Shown one piece after another: positions 28,919 to 38,382 of a stretch of 64,000 nucleotides of DNA (position 1 is its first letter; each line of letters starts with the position of its first letter). A program made the position numbers and the translations under genes. Source of the DNA: Minisyncoccia bacterium (GTDB taxonomy: Bacteria; Patescibacteriota; Minisyncoccia; Phycocordibacterales; CALRBL01); assembly GCA_038230075.1 (NCBI GenBank), contig JBBRNV010000002.1, forward strand, positions 62,215-126,214, in the 5' to 3' direction. Below the pieces are notes generated by a model. That model ran no database searches. It was given only the letters and a program-made list of their open reading frames with translations, and had not been told where the DNA came from.

Positions 28919-29797
28919 ATGGAATACTTCATTCACCTCGGCATTCTCTTTGGTATCTATGCAGGCTTAGCACTTAGTCTTAATCTTCTGGTTGGATATA
29001 CTGGATTGTTGTCGGTCACTCATGCGGCATTTTACGGAATTGGAGCATACACCACGGCAATTCTTCTGACCAAATACAGTACGACATTTGCTGGCAACTT
29101 TTTCCTTTCAATTTTTATTGGAATGATTATTTCAGGATTACTCGCTCTGTTTATCGGTTTCGTACTCCGTAGGTTTAAAGACGATTACTACGCTCTGGTT
29201 TCATTCGGGTTTAACATTATTGTCTACAGCATCTTTCTTAACTGGCAAGATGTGACACGTGGTCCTCTTGGAATTCCTGGTATTACTCGACCTAGTTTGT
29301 TTGGTTACGAACTGCAAAGTAACACGGCATTTCTTATTCTGACTTTGGTTATAATGTTGGCTATTTACGGAGTGTGTTACTTTATCGTCAACTCATCATT
29401 CGGAAGAGTACTTAAGGCAATTCGAGAAGATGAAAAAGCACTTCAGGTATTTGGATATAAGACGTCGAGGTACAAACTGGTAACATTTGTGGTTGCTGCA
29501 ATGCTTGCTGCTGTTGCTGGGTCACTCTTTGCTAGTTACATTACGTTTATCGATCCATCGACGTTCAGTTTGAATGAATCAATCTTTATTTTGGCCATGA
29601 TTATTCTAGGAGGTCTCGCTAGTTTGCGAGGTTCACTTGTTGGGGCACTCTTCCTTATTTTACTTCCCGAAGCGCTTCGTTTCGTTGGTTTTCCAACAGA
29701 CATTGCTGCTCAAATGCGTCAAGCGGTATATGGGCTACTTTTGATCGCACTCATGCTTTATCGTCCGCAAGGTTTAATGGGGGAGTATAAGTTATAA
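28919..29797 (+). CDS. livM: Branched-chain amino acid ABC transporter permease (LivM family)
   Basis: Second permease of the operon. Multi-TM. Confidence 0.85.
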   Translation: MEYFIHLGILFGIYAGLALSLNLLVGYTGLLSVTHAAFYGIGAYTTAILLTKYSTTFAGNFFLSIFIGMIISGLLALFIGFVLRRFKDDYYALVSFGFNIIVYSIFLNWQDVTRGPLGIPGITRPSLFGYELQSNTAFLILTLVIMLAIYGVCYFIVNSSFGRVLKAIREDEKALQVFGYKTSRYKLVTFVVAAMLAAVAGSLFASYITFIDPSTFSLNESIFILAMIILGGLASLRGSLVGALFLILLPEALRFVGFPTDIAAQMRQAVYGLLLIALMLYRPQGLMGEYKL

Positions 29798-29804
29798 TTT
29801 TTAT

Positions 29805-30569
29805 ATGCATTCATCAGATTTAAAATCCTCTCTTTCAACCTCATCTCTCTCAAAACATTTTGGAGGTATTAAGGCTGTAAACAACGCCTCTCTTTCATTT
29901 GAAGCTGGTAAAATTACAGGGGTGATTGGTCCGAATGGTTCTGGAAAGTCTACACTCATCAACTTACTATCAGGAATGACTCCTTTTGATCGTGGTCATC
30001 TTATTCTTCTTGGAAAAGAAAAAATTTCTAAACTTGCTCCTGACGAAGCACCTGACATTGGTATTACTCGAACCTTTCAAGAGGTGAGACTATTTGAACA
30101 AATGACCGTGCTCGATAATATTTTGGTTGTTGTGACTGAAAAAGATTGGAGTAGTGCTCTCTTTGAAAATCATTCTGCCTATCATCTTACTCTTGCTGAA
30201 GAAGCTTTAAAGAAAGTTGGCATGCAACACTTCGCTCATAAAAATGCAGCAGAACTTTCATACGGTCAGCGAAAACTAATTGAAATTGCTCGAGTACTTG
30301 CTATGAAGTCTGTTGGAAAGGCGAATATCTTTTTTTTCGATGAGCCATTTGCTGGGCTCTTTCCTGAAATGGTTAAGGTGGTTGTTTCGGTAATGAAAGA
30401 ATTACGAGACGAAGGATATACTCTTGTTTTGGTTGAACATAATATGGATCTCATTCGAGAATTGTCAGATACTGTAATTGTGATGGATTCAGGCGAAGTT
30501 CTTGCTACAGGTCTTCCTCATGAAGTACTTGCTCGAAAAGAGGTGATAGAAGCGTATTTGGGGGAATAG
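29805..30569 (+). CDS. livG: ABC transporter ATP-binding protein (LivG family)
   Basis: Walker A GPNGSGKST, signature LSYGQRK, and Walker B FFFDEP. Confidence 0.88.
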   Translation: MHSSDLKSSLSTSSLSKHFGGIKAVNNASLSFEAGKITGVIGPNGSGKSTLINLLSGMTPFDRGHLILLGKEKISKLAPDEAPDIGITRTFQEVRLFEQMTVLDNILVVVTEKDWSSALFENHSAYHLTLAEEALKKVGMQHFAHKNAAELSYGQRKLIEIARVLAMKSVGKANIFFFDEPFAGLFPEMVKVVVSVMKELRDEGYTLVLVEHNMDLIRELSDTVIVMDSGEVLATGLPHEVLARKEVIEAYLGE

Positions 30570-30602
30570 TTCAAGTATTACTCTTGGGATATAATTGACA
30601 CA

Positions 30603-31331
30603 ATGTCATCTCAACCAACTATTCTCAAAGTAACAGACGCTCATGTTCACTACGGGGGAGTTAAAGCTCTCGATGGTGCATCAATTGAAATTAAACAAGG
30701 AGAGTTGGTGGCGTTGATGGGTCCAAATGGTGCTGGAAAATCGACTATTTTAAAAGCCGCTTTTGGATTAGCTCCACTTTCACATGGTCATATTGAAGTT
30801 CGAGGAGAACGTGTTCATCCTTTGCCTCACACGATGGTTCCTCGAGGGGTGGCGTTTGTTCCTCAGGGAAAGCGGGTGTTTGGAAGATTAACAGTTCGAG
30901 AAAATCTTGAACTTGGAGGTGTTGGTCTTCGAGATCGAGGTCTTTTGAATGAAAGAATCGAAGATGTGCTTACTCTTTTTCCTGCACTTCGGCCGAAACT
31001 TATACAGCGCTCAGGAGAGCTTTCGGGAGGGCAGCAGCAAATGGTTGCACTTGCTCGGGGGCTTATTACTGCACCAGACCTTCTTTTTCTTGATGAACCA
31101 TCACTCGGTCTTGCGCCAAAAGTAGTAAAAGAAGTATTTGAAAAAATTAAAGAAATTAATAAAATCAGAGGAATGGCAATCGTTGTTGTTGAACATAACT
31201 TAAAGTCACTTCTTCCGTTAGTTGATCGTGCATATGTGCTTGATAAAGGAAAGATTATTAAAGAGGGAAATGCAGACGAGATTATTAACAGTAATATTTT
31301 CCAGAAAGTTTTTTTGGGAGCATTGGAATAA
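30603..31331 (+). CDS. livF: ABC transporter ATP-binding protein (LivF family)
   Basis: Walker A GPNGAGKST, signature LSGGQQQ, and Walker B LFLDEPS. Confidence 0.88.
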   Translation: MSSQPTILKVTDAHVHYGGVKALDGASIEIKQGELVALMGPNGAGKSTILKAAFGLAPLSHGHIEVRGERVHPLPHTMVPRGVAFVPQGKRVFGRLTVRENLELGGVGLRDRGLLNERIEDVLTLFPALRPKLIQRSGELSGGQQQMVALARGLITAPDLLFLDEPSLGLAPKVVKEVFEKIKEINKIRGMAIVVVEHNLKSLLPLVDRAYVLDKGKIIKEGNADEIINSNIFQKVFLGALE

Positions 31332-31334
31332 TAT

Positions 31335-32261
31335 ATGAGCGAACACCAATACGGAGAACAATCAGCGCATGAAAGAAGTCAAATACGAGTAGAAGAAATG
31401 CTGCTTCAATTGAGTGCTTTTGATGAACAACTAAAACGTTTCAATGCTGCGTTAGGTTACGTACATGCCTACCTGCTTAGTATTTCAGAAGTTGTACAGA
31501 GTCTTCCTCCAGAATTTTGCGTAGAAGAAAGAGACCATCTTAAAGGTAGTCTGCTTCCACTATATGAAGAGTCAAAACTAAAAGCCGAATTAGATCTGTT
31601 AGATAGTTCTGCTTTGGTTGTTGTTAAGCTGCTGCAACAAATGAAAGAGTTGGGGATTCTTGTTCCTGAATCAGTTGATCTCGAAGTTCCAAGTGAAAAG
31701 CTAGAGATGATGATGGCTACTCTTTCGGGTGTTTACCCGTTCATTAAAAATATGTATACCCATAAAGATTTGTTTATTCTTGAAAAGAATCACACAACAG
31801 ATTTTTTGGAACAAATGGAGGAGGTGCTTCGTGTTACTCATTTATATTTTGCGACAGAAGAAATCGACAAGACATTACATCCTTCATTCCTCTCTTTTCA
31901 AAGGATGGCTAATCTGTTGCCGTTTATCTTGGTTAAAGCTGGTCATCAGCCTGTAGCGGTGTTGTCTGACATTGCTCGTGCAAATGATGAAGAATATAAA
32001 AAGATAATCGAACGACAAAAATTAAGAAATCACCTAGAATTCAATATAGGATTATTGAGAGGAATTGTTGTGTTGCCGCTTGATAACCGCGACAGAGCTT
32101 ACAATGTTTCGACAACACTTGAGAATGTCATGAAAACGATCGCTCTCATTGAACCTCAACTACATGAATATACCGACGAAGGTAGAAAACAGATTGAAGA
32201 TTTGATTAATGAAGTAAAAATTTATCGTGCCAATGAAGCGTCTGGCGTTTCTGAAAAGTAG
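31335..32261 (+). CDS. Hypothetical protein (308 aa)
   Basis: No recognisable motifs. The start is 4 nt after the livF stop. Confidence 0.5.
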   Translation: MSEHQYGEQSAHERSQIRVEEMLLQLSAFDEQLKRFNAALGYVHAYLLSISEVVQSLPPEFCVEERDHLKGSLLPLYEESKLKAELDLLDSSALVVVKLLQQMKELGILVPESVDLEVPSEKLEMMMATLSGVYPFIKNMYTHKDLFILEKNHTTDFLEQMEEVLRVTHLYFATEEIDKTLHPSFLSFQRMANLLPFILVKAGHQPVAVLSDIARANDEEYKKIIERQKLRNHLEFNIGLLRGIVVLPLDNRDRAYNVSTTLENVMKTIALIEPQLHEYTDEGRKQIEDLINEVKIYRANEASGVSEK

Positions 32262-32300
32262 TATCTTGGTAACCACTCGAAATTTCTGTACAATAGAACA

Positions 32301-33668
32301 ATGGCTAAACAACTGAAACTGACATTTTGCGGAGGAGTGAGTACAGTAACGGGTGCCAACTTTCTTTTAGAAAGCGATACAACAAAAATATTAATTGATT
32401 GCGGATTAGAACAGGGTGGAAAGAGTGCCGATATCTTTAATCGAAAAGCATTATTGTATAATCCTGCAGATATTGATTTTCTTCTTATTACCCATGCTCA
32501 CCTTGATCACATTGGAAGAATTCCACTTCTCATAAAAAAGGGTTTTAAAGGAGTTATTTACTCAACACCTGAAACAAAAGAGTTAGCTTTTCCCATGCTT
32601 GAAGATAGTGTTCGACTCTTGTCTCAAGAAGCTGTTAAAGAAGGCCTCACTCCTTTATATGATGAAAAAGATGTGCAAGCCTCATTTGGTTTGTGGAAAA
32701 CAATTCCATATCGAACAAAAACTAATATCACTCCAGAATTCACCTTATTTCTAAAAGACGCAGGTCACGTACTTGGTTCATCAATGTATGAAATTACGTA
32801 CAATGAAAAGAAAATTGTTTTTACAGGAGATTTAGGAAATACTCCAACTCCATTGTTGAAAGATACCGAAGATATTACTGATGCAAATTATATGGTGATG
32901 GAAAGTGTGTATGGAGATCGAAATCATGAATCACGAGATGAACGACGAGATAAATTAGAAAATGTTATTGAAGACACAATTAAAAAGAAGGGAGTTTTAA
33001 TGATTCCTACCTTTTCTCTTGAAAAAACTCAAGTAGTTATTTATGAACTTAGTCGATTGGTGCAAGAGGGAAGAATTCCCGCAGTTCCAGTGTACATTGA
33101 TTCACCACTTGCTATTAAAATCACCGATATTTATCGACGACGAGCAAACGACTTCAACGCAGAAGCACAAGCAGAGTTAAAAAAAGTACACGATTTATTT
33201 AATTTTCCTTTGCTTCATATAACTGAAACCTCAGAAGAATCAAAGGCCATTAAGCATTCCCCAAGTCCAAAAATCATTATTGCTGGTTCTGGAATGTCGA
33301 ATGGAGGGCGAATTACACACCATGAAATTAATTATTTACCTGATGCCAACAACACCCTTCTTCTTATTGGATATCAATCTGCGGGAACTATTGGAAGACA
33401 AATTCATGATGGAGTAAAATCAATTAATATTTTTGGGCAAATTGTTCCAATCCGAGCTCGAGTTGTTTCAATAGACGGATATTCTTCGCATAAAGATTCA
33501 GATCATCTTGTGTTATTTGTTGAAAAAAGTATCGACACGCTACAAAAAGTATTTGTGACGATGGGAGAACCACGATCTGCTTTATTTTTAGTACAAAAGC
33601 TTCGCGACAATTTAGGAATCAATGCATTTCATCCAGATGAAGGAGAAAGTATAATGCTAGATTTTTAA
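32301..33668 (+). CDS. Metallo-beta-lactamase fold beta-CASP ribonuclease (CPSF73/RNase J-like)
   Basis: HxHxDH motif (ITHAHLDHIG), beta-CASP motifs (ESVYGDRNH; PVYIDSPLA), and a C-terminal His (GYSSHKD). Confidence 0.75.
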   Translation: MAKQLKLTFCGGVSTVTGANFLLESDTTKILIDCGLEQGGKSADIFNRKALLYNPADIDFLLITHAHLDHIGRIPLLIKKGFKGVIYSTPETKELAFPMLEDSVRLLSQEAVKEGLTPLYDEKDVQASFGLWKTIPYRTKTNITPEFTLFLKDAGHVLGSSMYEITYNEKKIVFTGDLGNTPTPLLKDTEDITDANYMVMESVYGDRNHESRDERRDKLENVIEDTIKKKGVLMIPTFSLEKTQVVIYELSRLVQEGRIPAVPVYIDSPLAIKITDIYRRRANDFNAEAQAELKKVHDLFNFPLLHITETSEESKAIKHSPSPKIIIAGSGMSNGGRITHHEINYLPDANNTLLLIGYQSAGTIGRQIHDGVKSINIFGQIVPIRARVVSIDGYSSHKDSDHLVLFVEKSIDTLQKVFVTMGEPRSALFLVQKLRDNLGINAFHPDEGESIMLDF

Positions 33669-33682
33669 ATGTACGTTATAAT

Positions 33683-34327
33683 GTGCACATGTCTCACCTC
33701 GATATTCGTCATCATAAACAAAATAGAATAAAACTTTGTGTCTCAGGCGCAGCAGAAATGGGATTCTTGGGTCCACAAGATTATGAAATAGCAAAAGAGT
33801 TAGGAAGAGAAATTGTTCGACAAGGAGCAGTTCTTACCACAGGAGCAACAACTGGTTTTCCTCTTTGGGCAGCGATGGGTTGTAAAGAAGAAGGGGGAGT
33901 ATCTATTGGAATGTCACCAGCTTCGACTGAACGAGAACATATCGAAGTATATCGACTTCCTGTCGACTATATGGATCTCATCATGTATACAGGTTTTGGA
34001 TATGTTGGAAGAGATCTTCTTCTAACTCGATCTTCAGATGCTGTGCTTATTGGTCCAGGAAGAATTGGTACAATTCACGAATTTACCGTTGCTTATGAAG
34101 ATGGGAAGCCAATTGGTATACTTGAAGGAGATTGGGAAACCGACAAAGTCATTAAAATGATTATCGACAAGAGTCACCGTATTAATACAAAGATCGTTTT
34201 CGACAAAGATCCTAAGGCTCTTGTCCAAAAAGTCATTGCCATGGTAAAAGTAGATACCAACGTTCACAATTACGTAAGAACAAATGATGATCGAATCGGA
34301 GGAACGCTTGGAGAAAAAATCTTATAA
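33683..34327 (+). CDS. SLOG/LOG-family Rossmann protein (TIGR00725-like)
   Basis: GGxGT..E-like motif (GPGRIGTIHEF) and sequence VLTTGATTG..AAMGC, typical of LOG/TIGR00725 proteins. Confidence 0.6.
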   Translation: MHMSHLDIRHHKQNRIKLCVSGAAEMGFLGPQDYEIAKELGREIVRQGAVLTTGATTGFPLWAAMGCKEEGGVSIGMSPASTEREHIEVYRLPVDYMDLIMYTGFGYVGRDLLLTRSSDAVLIGPGRIGTIHEFTVAYEDGKPIGILEGDWETDKVIKMIIDKSHRINTKIVFDKDPKALVQKVIAMVKVDTNVHNYVRTNDDRIGGTLGEKIL

Positions 34328-34350
34328 ATTATTAGTTAAGTTAGATCTAT

Positions 34351-35136
34351 ATGGAATCATCAAATAAATCAAAAGCGGCTATTCTTGTTATTCTCGGAGT
34401 AGTGGTGCTTGTGGGGCTTAGTATTTTAGTCTCAGTTCGAAGTAGCAAAAGTACAGAGAAGAATGAATATCAAGATGCAGAAAGCTTACAACAACGACAA
34501 AATAATGCAGCTGATATTGTTACTACATCTTCAACGACAACCGTAAGTAAACCAGCTTCTGTATCTAATGTTTCATTCGGGCCTCTCGAACAAGCACCGG
34601 CGCCTCAACAAGTAACATCAAATGCTTCAGTTGATCAAGGATACTCAGCTGGCGTGCACGTTATGGCAGACATTGAAGGAAATTCAGTACAAGAAGCGTT
34701 GGTTGGATTTGAACGAAACAATTCAGGTACTTCAAATCTTCCACAAACACGTTTGATTGTTGTAAGTAGTTATCAGTCAAAAACTCCAAGTATTATCTAT
34801 AGGCAAGATCTTCCAGAAGGAACTTCCGCAACAAGTACATTCAGTATTATTGATCTGAACGGAGATGCTAAACAAGAAGTTCTTGTTACACAGATATATA
34901 CAGCAGGAAATATTCCTTACAAACAAGCATTTCTTGCTCTTGGAGCAGACGGAAAGATTCATGATTACTTAACATCATCACAGATTAAACCAACAGGATT
35001 CGCTTATGTTGAAAATGGAAGATTGAAAACACAAGAGTCAATTGCAGCAAAACCAAATATGTATAAAATTTCTACCTATTCATTCGATGGTACAAACTTT
35101 GCACTTGTATCTTGGGAAGAGAAGGCGGGAAAGTAA
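34351..35136 (+). CDS. Hypothetical membrane-anchored protein
   Basis: An N-terminal TM helix followed by a Ser/Thr-rich linker and a globular domain. Confidence 0.55.
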   Translation: MESSNKSKAAILVILGVVVLVGLSILVSVRSSKSTEKNEYQDAESLQQRQNNAADIVTTSSTTTVSKPASVSNVSFGPLEQAPAPQQVTSNASVDQGYSAGVHVMADIEGNSVQEALVGFERNNSGTSNLPQTRLIVVSSYQSKTPSIIYRQDLPEGTSATSTFSIIDLNGDAKQEVLVTQIYTAGNIPYKQAFLALGADGKIHDYLTSSQIKPTGFAYVENGRLKTQESIAAKPNMYKISTYSFDGTNFALVSWEEKAGK

Positions 35137-35230
35137 ATAACAAAATAAATACAAAAGACTTTCTTCAGCGTCCTCGTCCTTACGGACTGCGAATGCTTCA
35201 GAAAGTCTTTTGTATTTATTTTGTTATTTA
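35134..35230. terminator. Bidirectional intrinsic terminator formed by a 31-bp perfect inverted repeat
   Basis: Positions 35134-35164 are the exact reverse complement of 35200-35230, with a 35-nt spacer. The arms include the stop codons of both convergent genes (the 34351..35136 gene and rplT). Confidence 0.6.
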
Positions 35231-35574
35231 ACAACCACCTTTTTTACAACCGCTTCGAAAGCAAGGGGAGAAACCTTTGCGATTTCTGTGAGAACTTTTC
35301 GGTCAAGAGTAACATTGGCTTTCTTTAAAGCATCGATGAATCTACTGTATGAAATATTGAAAGGCTTGAGGGCGGCTGAAAGACGAGTGTTCCAAAGAGC
35401 TCGCATATCATTCTTTTTATCTTTTCGGTGAGCGAAGGCGTATGTTCCTGCATGGAAAATAGCTTCGTTAGCCTGTCGTTCCTTTTTTGATCGTCCAAAA
35501 CGATATCCCTTAACTTGCTTTAAGATATTTCGTCGTGACTTTAATGATTGTGTTCCTCTTTTTACTCGTGTCAT
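35224..35574 (-). CDS. rplT: 50S ribosomal protein L20
   Basis: MTRVKRG start and the L20 core. Confidence 0.94.
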   Translation of the reverse strand: MTRVKRGTQSLKSRRNILKQVKGYRFGRSKKERQANEAIFHAGTYAFAHRKDKKNDMRALWNTRLSAALKPFNISYSRFIDALKKANVTLDRKVLTEIAKVSPLAFEAVVKKVVVK

Positions 35575-35598
35575 GGTATTTTTGTTAGCGTAAAATTA

Positions 35599-35793
35599 TT
35601 AGATAGTAGAGTTCGACAAGAATCGAGACTTTGATTTGTTGCTGATATCAAAACTAACACCTCGCTTTTTTCCAAGCTGATTTCGTCGTCGTGATTCTTT
35701 AGAGTTGAAGTGGTTCTGTCCTGCTTTTCGAGCAGTGATTTTACCATTCTTACTAACCTTTAATCGTTTTGAATATGACTTGTTTGTTTTCAT
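35599..35793 (-). CDS. rpmI: 50S ribosomal protein L35
   Basis: A 64-aa basic protein located between infC and rplT. Confidence 0.88.
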   Translation of the reverse strand: MKTNKSYSKRLKVSKNGKITARKAGQNHFNSKESRRRNQLGKKRGVSFDISNKSKSRFLSNSTI

Positions 35794-35803
35794 TGGTGTT
35801 GTT

Positions 35804-36316
35804 TTATGAAGCTCTTTCGATGAGGACGCTTAATCCTTTTGGACTCTTTCTTGGTTCATCAGCGATCTTGTATTCTTCGGTGATGAGCTTAAGAATTCGA
35901 TCAAGACGTTCCTTGAGAAAATTGACATCAAGATACTTGGTTCGGCCGGGGAGAAAGAGGTCGATCTTGATTCGGTGGCGTTCTTTTAGCCATTCTGAAG
36001 CTTTTTTAGCTTTGAGAGCAAGATCGTGTTCTCCTGTACCAACTTTTATCTGTAATGTTTTGACTTCAACAGTCTGAGCTTTGGCTTTTGCCTGCTTCTG
36101 TTTCTTGTTTTGATCGTACTGGAATTTACCATAATCCATGATTTTTGCAACCACGGGGACGGCATTTGGAGAGATTTCGATCAGGTCAGTTCCAAGCTCC
36201 TGAGCCTTTGCTAGGGCCTCCTGGAGGCTTAAAAGACCGAAATTCTCTCCTTCAGGACCGATAACTCGAACCTGAGTTGCCTTAATTTGATGATTTACTC
36301 GTACGAATGTCGACAA
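35804..36316 (-). CDS. infC: Translation initiation factor IF-3
   Basis: IF3 N- and C-terminal domains (VRVIGPEGE..LG; KQKQAK linker), heading the infC-rpmI-rplT operon. Confidence 0.93.
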   Translation of the reverse strand: MSTFVRVNHQIKATQVRVIGPEGENFGLLSLQEALAKAQELGTDLIEISPNAVPVVAKIMDYGKFQYDQNKKQKQAKAKAQTVEVKTLQIKVGTGEHDLALKAKKASEWLKERHRIKIDLFLPGRTKYLDVNFLKERLDRILKLITEEYKIADEPRKSPKGLSVLIERAS

Positions 36317-36387
36317 TGTCTTGATAATTACTCAATAATAGATGAGTACTATAGCATAAATATCCTAAAAGGTATATCTTTTGAGCC

Positions 36388-37077
36388 TTATATTGCCTTT
36401 AGTCCTGAGCCGCTTTCCTTGAGTAAGTCGTCGATTCTGCCGTAATCATCCCACGCTAGAATTTTCCAACCGTGACTTTTGTTTTTATAAACGCTTTTGT
36501 CGAACTGACAAAGAGTGATTGAGCAATTGTGTACTGGATTTAGAAATGAAAGTCTGACCAATTCTTCAGAGGTGATGTTGTCACCAAATTCTATGTATAG
36601 TGCAACCATTCGTATGAAGATGCCATGTGATACACACATGATAGAAGATTCGGTTCGTTCGCTTAAAAATGTTAGTAATTGTTTTGCTCGGTTTTTGAGG
36701 TCTTCAAAATTTTCTTCGTCGGAATAACGAGAGCTATTGGTGTGAAAACTTTTGTCGATCAAATCGATAATCTTTTTTACTTCTGGATCGTTTCCGCTTT
36801 TACCGATAATTACTGAAGGATTTCGTCTTTCTGTTAACAAGTCACAAATTTCAAGAGGTTTTACTAATTGTTGGTTAATAATATCAGCAGTTTCTCGTGT
36901 TCTTTCAAAAGGGCTGACTAAAATACTATCAATAGGTATTTGTTGAAATCGTTCACCAACAAAAGCTGCTTGTTTTCTTCCAAGTTCACTAAGTTTTCCG
37001 ATAGGACCTTGTCGAACATTAAGGGCGTTGTTCTCACTTTCGCCGTGTCGTATAAAATAAACGCGCTTTGACTTCAT
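36388..37077 (-). CDS. Histidine phosphatase family protein (phosphoglycerate mutase-like)
   Basis: RHGESENN catalytic motif near the N-terminus. Confidence 0.75.
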   Translation of the reverse strand: MKSKRVYFIRHGESENNALNVRQGPIGKLSELGRKQAAFVGERFQQIPIDSILVSPFERTRETADIINQQLVKPLEICDLLTERRNPSVIIGKSGNDPEVKKIIDLIDKSFHTNSSRYSDEENFEDLKNRAKQLLTFLSERTESSIMCVSHGIFIRMVALYIEFGDNITSEELVRLSFLNPVHNCSITLCQFDKSVYKNKSHGWKILAWDDYGRIDDLLKESGSGLKAI

Positions 37078-37106
37078 AAGGGGGTTGAGTAAAGTATACT
37101 ACATAT

Positions 37107-38378
37107 ATGAAATTACGACTTAGAGATAAGCATCTAGAAAGCATTATTATAAGCCTTATCAGTGGTTTTGTGGGTGCTTTGATTTGTCTCTTCGTTCTTG
37201 TTTTTGGTCTCTGGTACACAAAATTAGGTCCCAAATTTTTAGGTCAAGGAATCATAAACACTGCTTCAATGCCGTCGGTTATAACTCATTCTGAACACGA
37301 TTCAGAAGTCATTTCTGCGGTTAATAAAGCGATGCCTGCAGTTGTCTCAATCTCGATAAGTCAGAATGTTGCTGTTGATCAATATCAATCAGATGTTCCT
37401 AGTGGTAATGGGATGAACGACTACATGCAAAATTTGTTTGAGCAGTTGTTTGGTCAGAAGTATCAAGCTCCAACACAGCAGCAAGAACAAGGGAGTCAGA
37501 ATCAACAAACTAAAAAGTTAGAAGTTGGTGGTGGTTCAGGATTCTTTGTTACATCAGATGGATTATTGATCACCAATAAACATGTTGTTGATCTCGAAGG
37601 TGCTGAGTACACAGTTATTACTAGTGAAGGAAAGAAATATCCAGCAAAAGTAGTCGCCCGAGATCCTGTTCTTGACCTTGCTGTTCTTAAGGTTGAAGGA
37701 AAGAATTTTCCAACTCTTTCATTTGCAGACTCATCTACACTTCAGGTAGGACAAACAGCGATCGCTATCGGAAATTCTCTCGGACAAAAAAATACTGTCT
37801 CAGTTGGTGTCATCTCAGGATTAGGAAGAAGTATTGTTGCAGCAGATCAACAAGGATATGAAAATCTTGATGAAGTCGTTCAAACAGACGCTGCAATTAA
37901 TCCTGGAAATTCAGGAGGACCACTTCTTGATCTTGATGGAAATGTTGTCGGTATAAATGTTGCTATTGTCGATGGTTCTCAAAGTGTTGGTTTTGCCCTT
38001 CAATCAAATAGTGTAAGAGGGGTTGTTGAATCGGTAGAACAACATGGAACCATTGTTCGACCATACTTAGGAGTTCGATATGTTGAAATAACTGACGAAA
38101 GCAAAGCTCGAAACAAACTCCCTGTAAATTATGGTGCACTTGTTCTACGAGGAGACACGCAAGATGATTTTGCTGTTGTTCCAGGCTCTCCAGCTGACAA
38201 AGCGGGAATTGTAGAAAATGATATAATTCTTGAGGTTGATGGCGTCACGATCGACTCTGAACACCGCCTCACCTCTATCGTAAATTCACATAAAATTGAT
38301 GATATATTGAACCTCACTGTGCTTCATCGAGGAGACCAGATACATGTTCGAGTTAGACTTGAAGCAATTCCTCAATAA
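37107..38378 (+). CDS. htrA: Trypsin-like serine protease HtrA/DegP with a PDZ domain, membrane anchored
   Basis: Catalytic triad context (TNKHVV; D; GNSGGPLL) and a C-terminal PDZ domain. Confidence 0.88.
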   Translation: MKLRLRDKHLESIIISLISGFVGALICLFVLVFGLWYTKLGPKFLGQGIINTASMPSVITHSEHDSEVISAVNKAMPAVVSISISQNVAVDQYQSDVPSGNGMNDYMQNLFEQLFGQKYQAPTQQQEQGSQNQQTKKLEVGGGSGFFVTSDGLLITNKHVVDLEGAEYTVITSEGKKYPAKVVARDPVLDLAVLKVEGKNFPTLSFADSSTLQVGQTAIAIGNSLGQKNTVSVGVISGLGRSIVAADQQGYENLDEVVQTDAAINPGNSGGPLLDLDGNVVGINVAIVDGSQSVGFALQSNSVRGVVESVEQHGTIVRPYLGVRYVEITDESKARNKLPVNYGALVLRGDTQDDFAVVPGSPADKAGIVENDIILEVDGVTIDSEHRLTSIVNSHKIDDILNLTVLHRGDQIHVRVRLEAIPQ

Positions 38379-38382
38379 ATTT

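Noticed and set aside
35210-35431. 73-aa ORF antisense to rplT
   Set aside because: It is embedded in rplT on the opposite strand and is an artefact of the ORF track.
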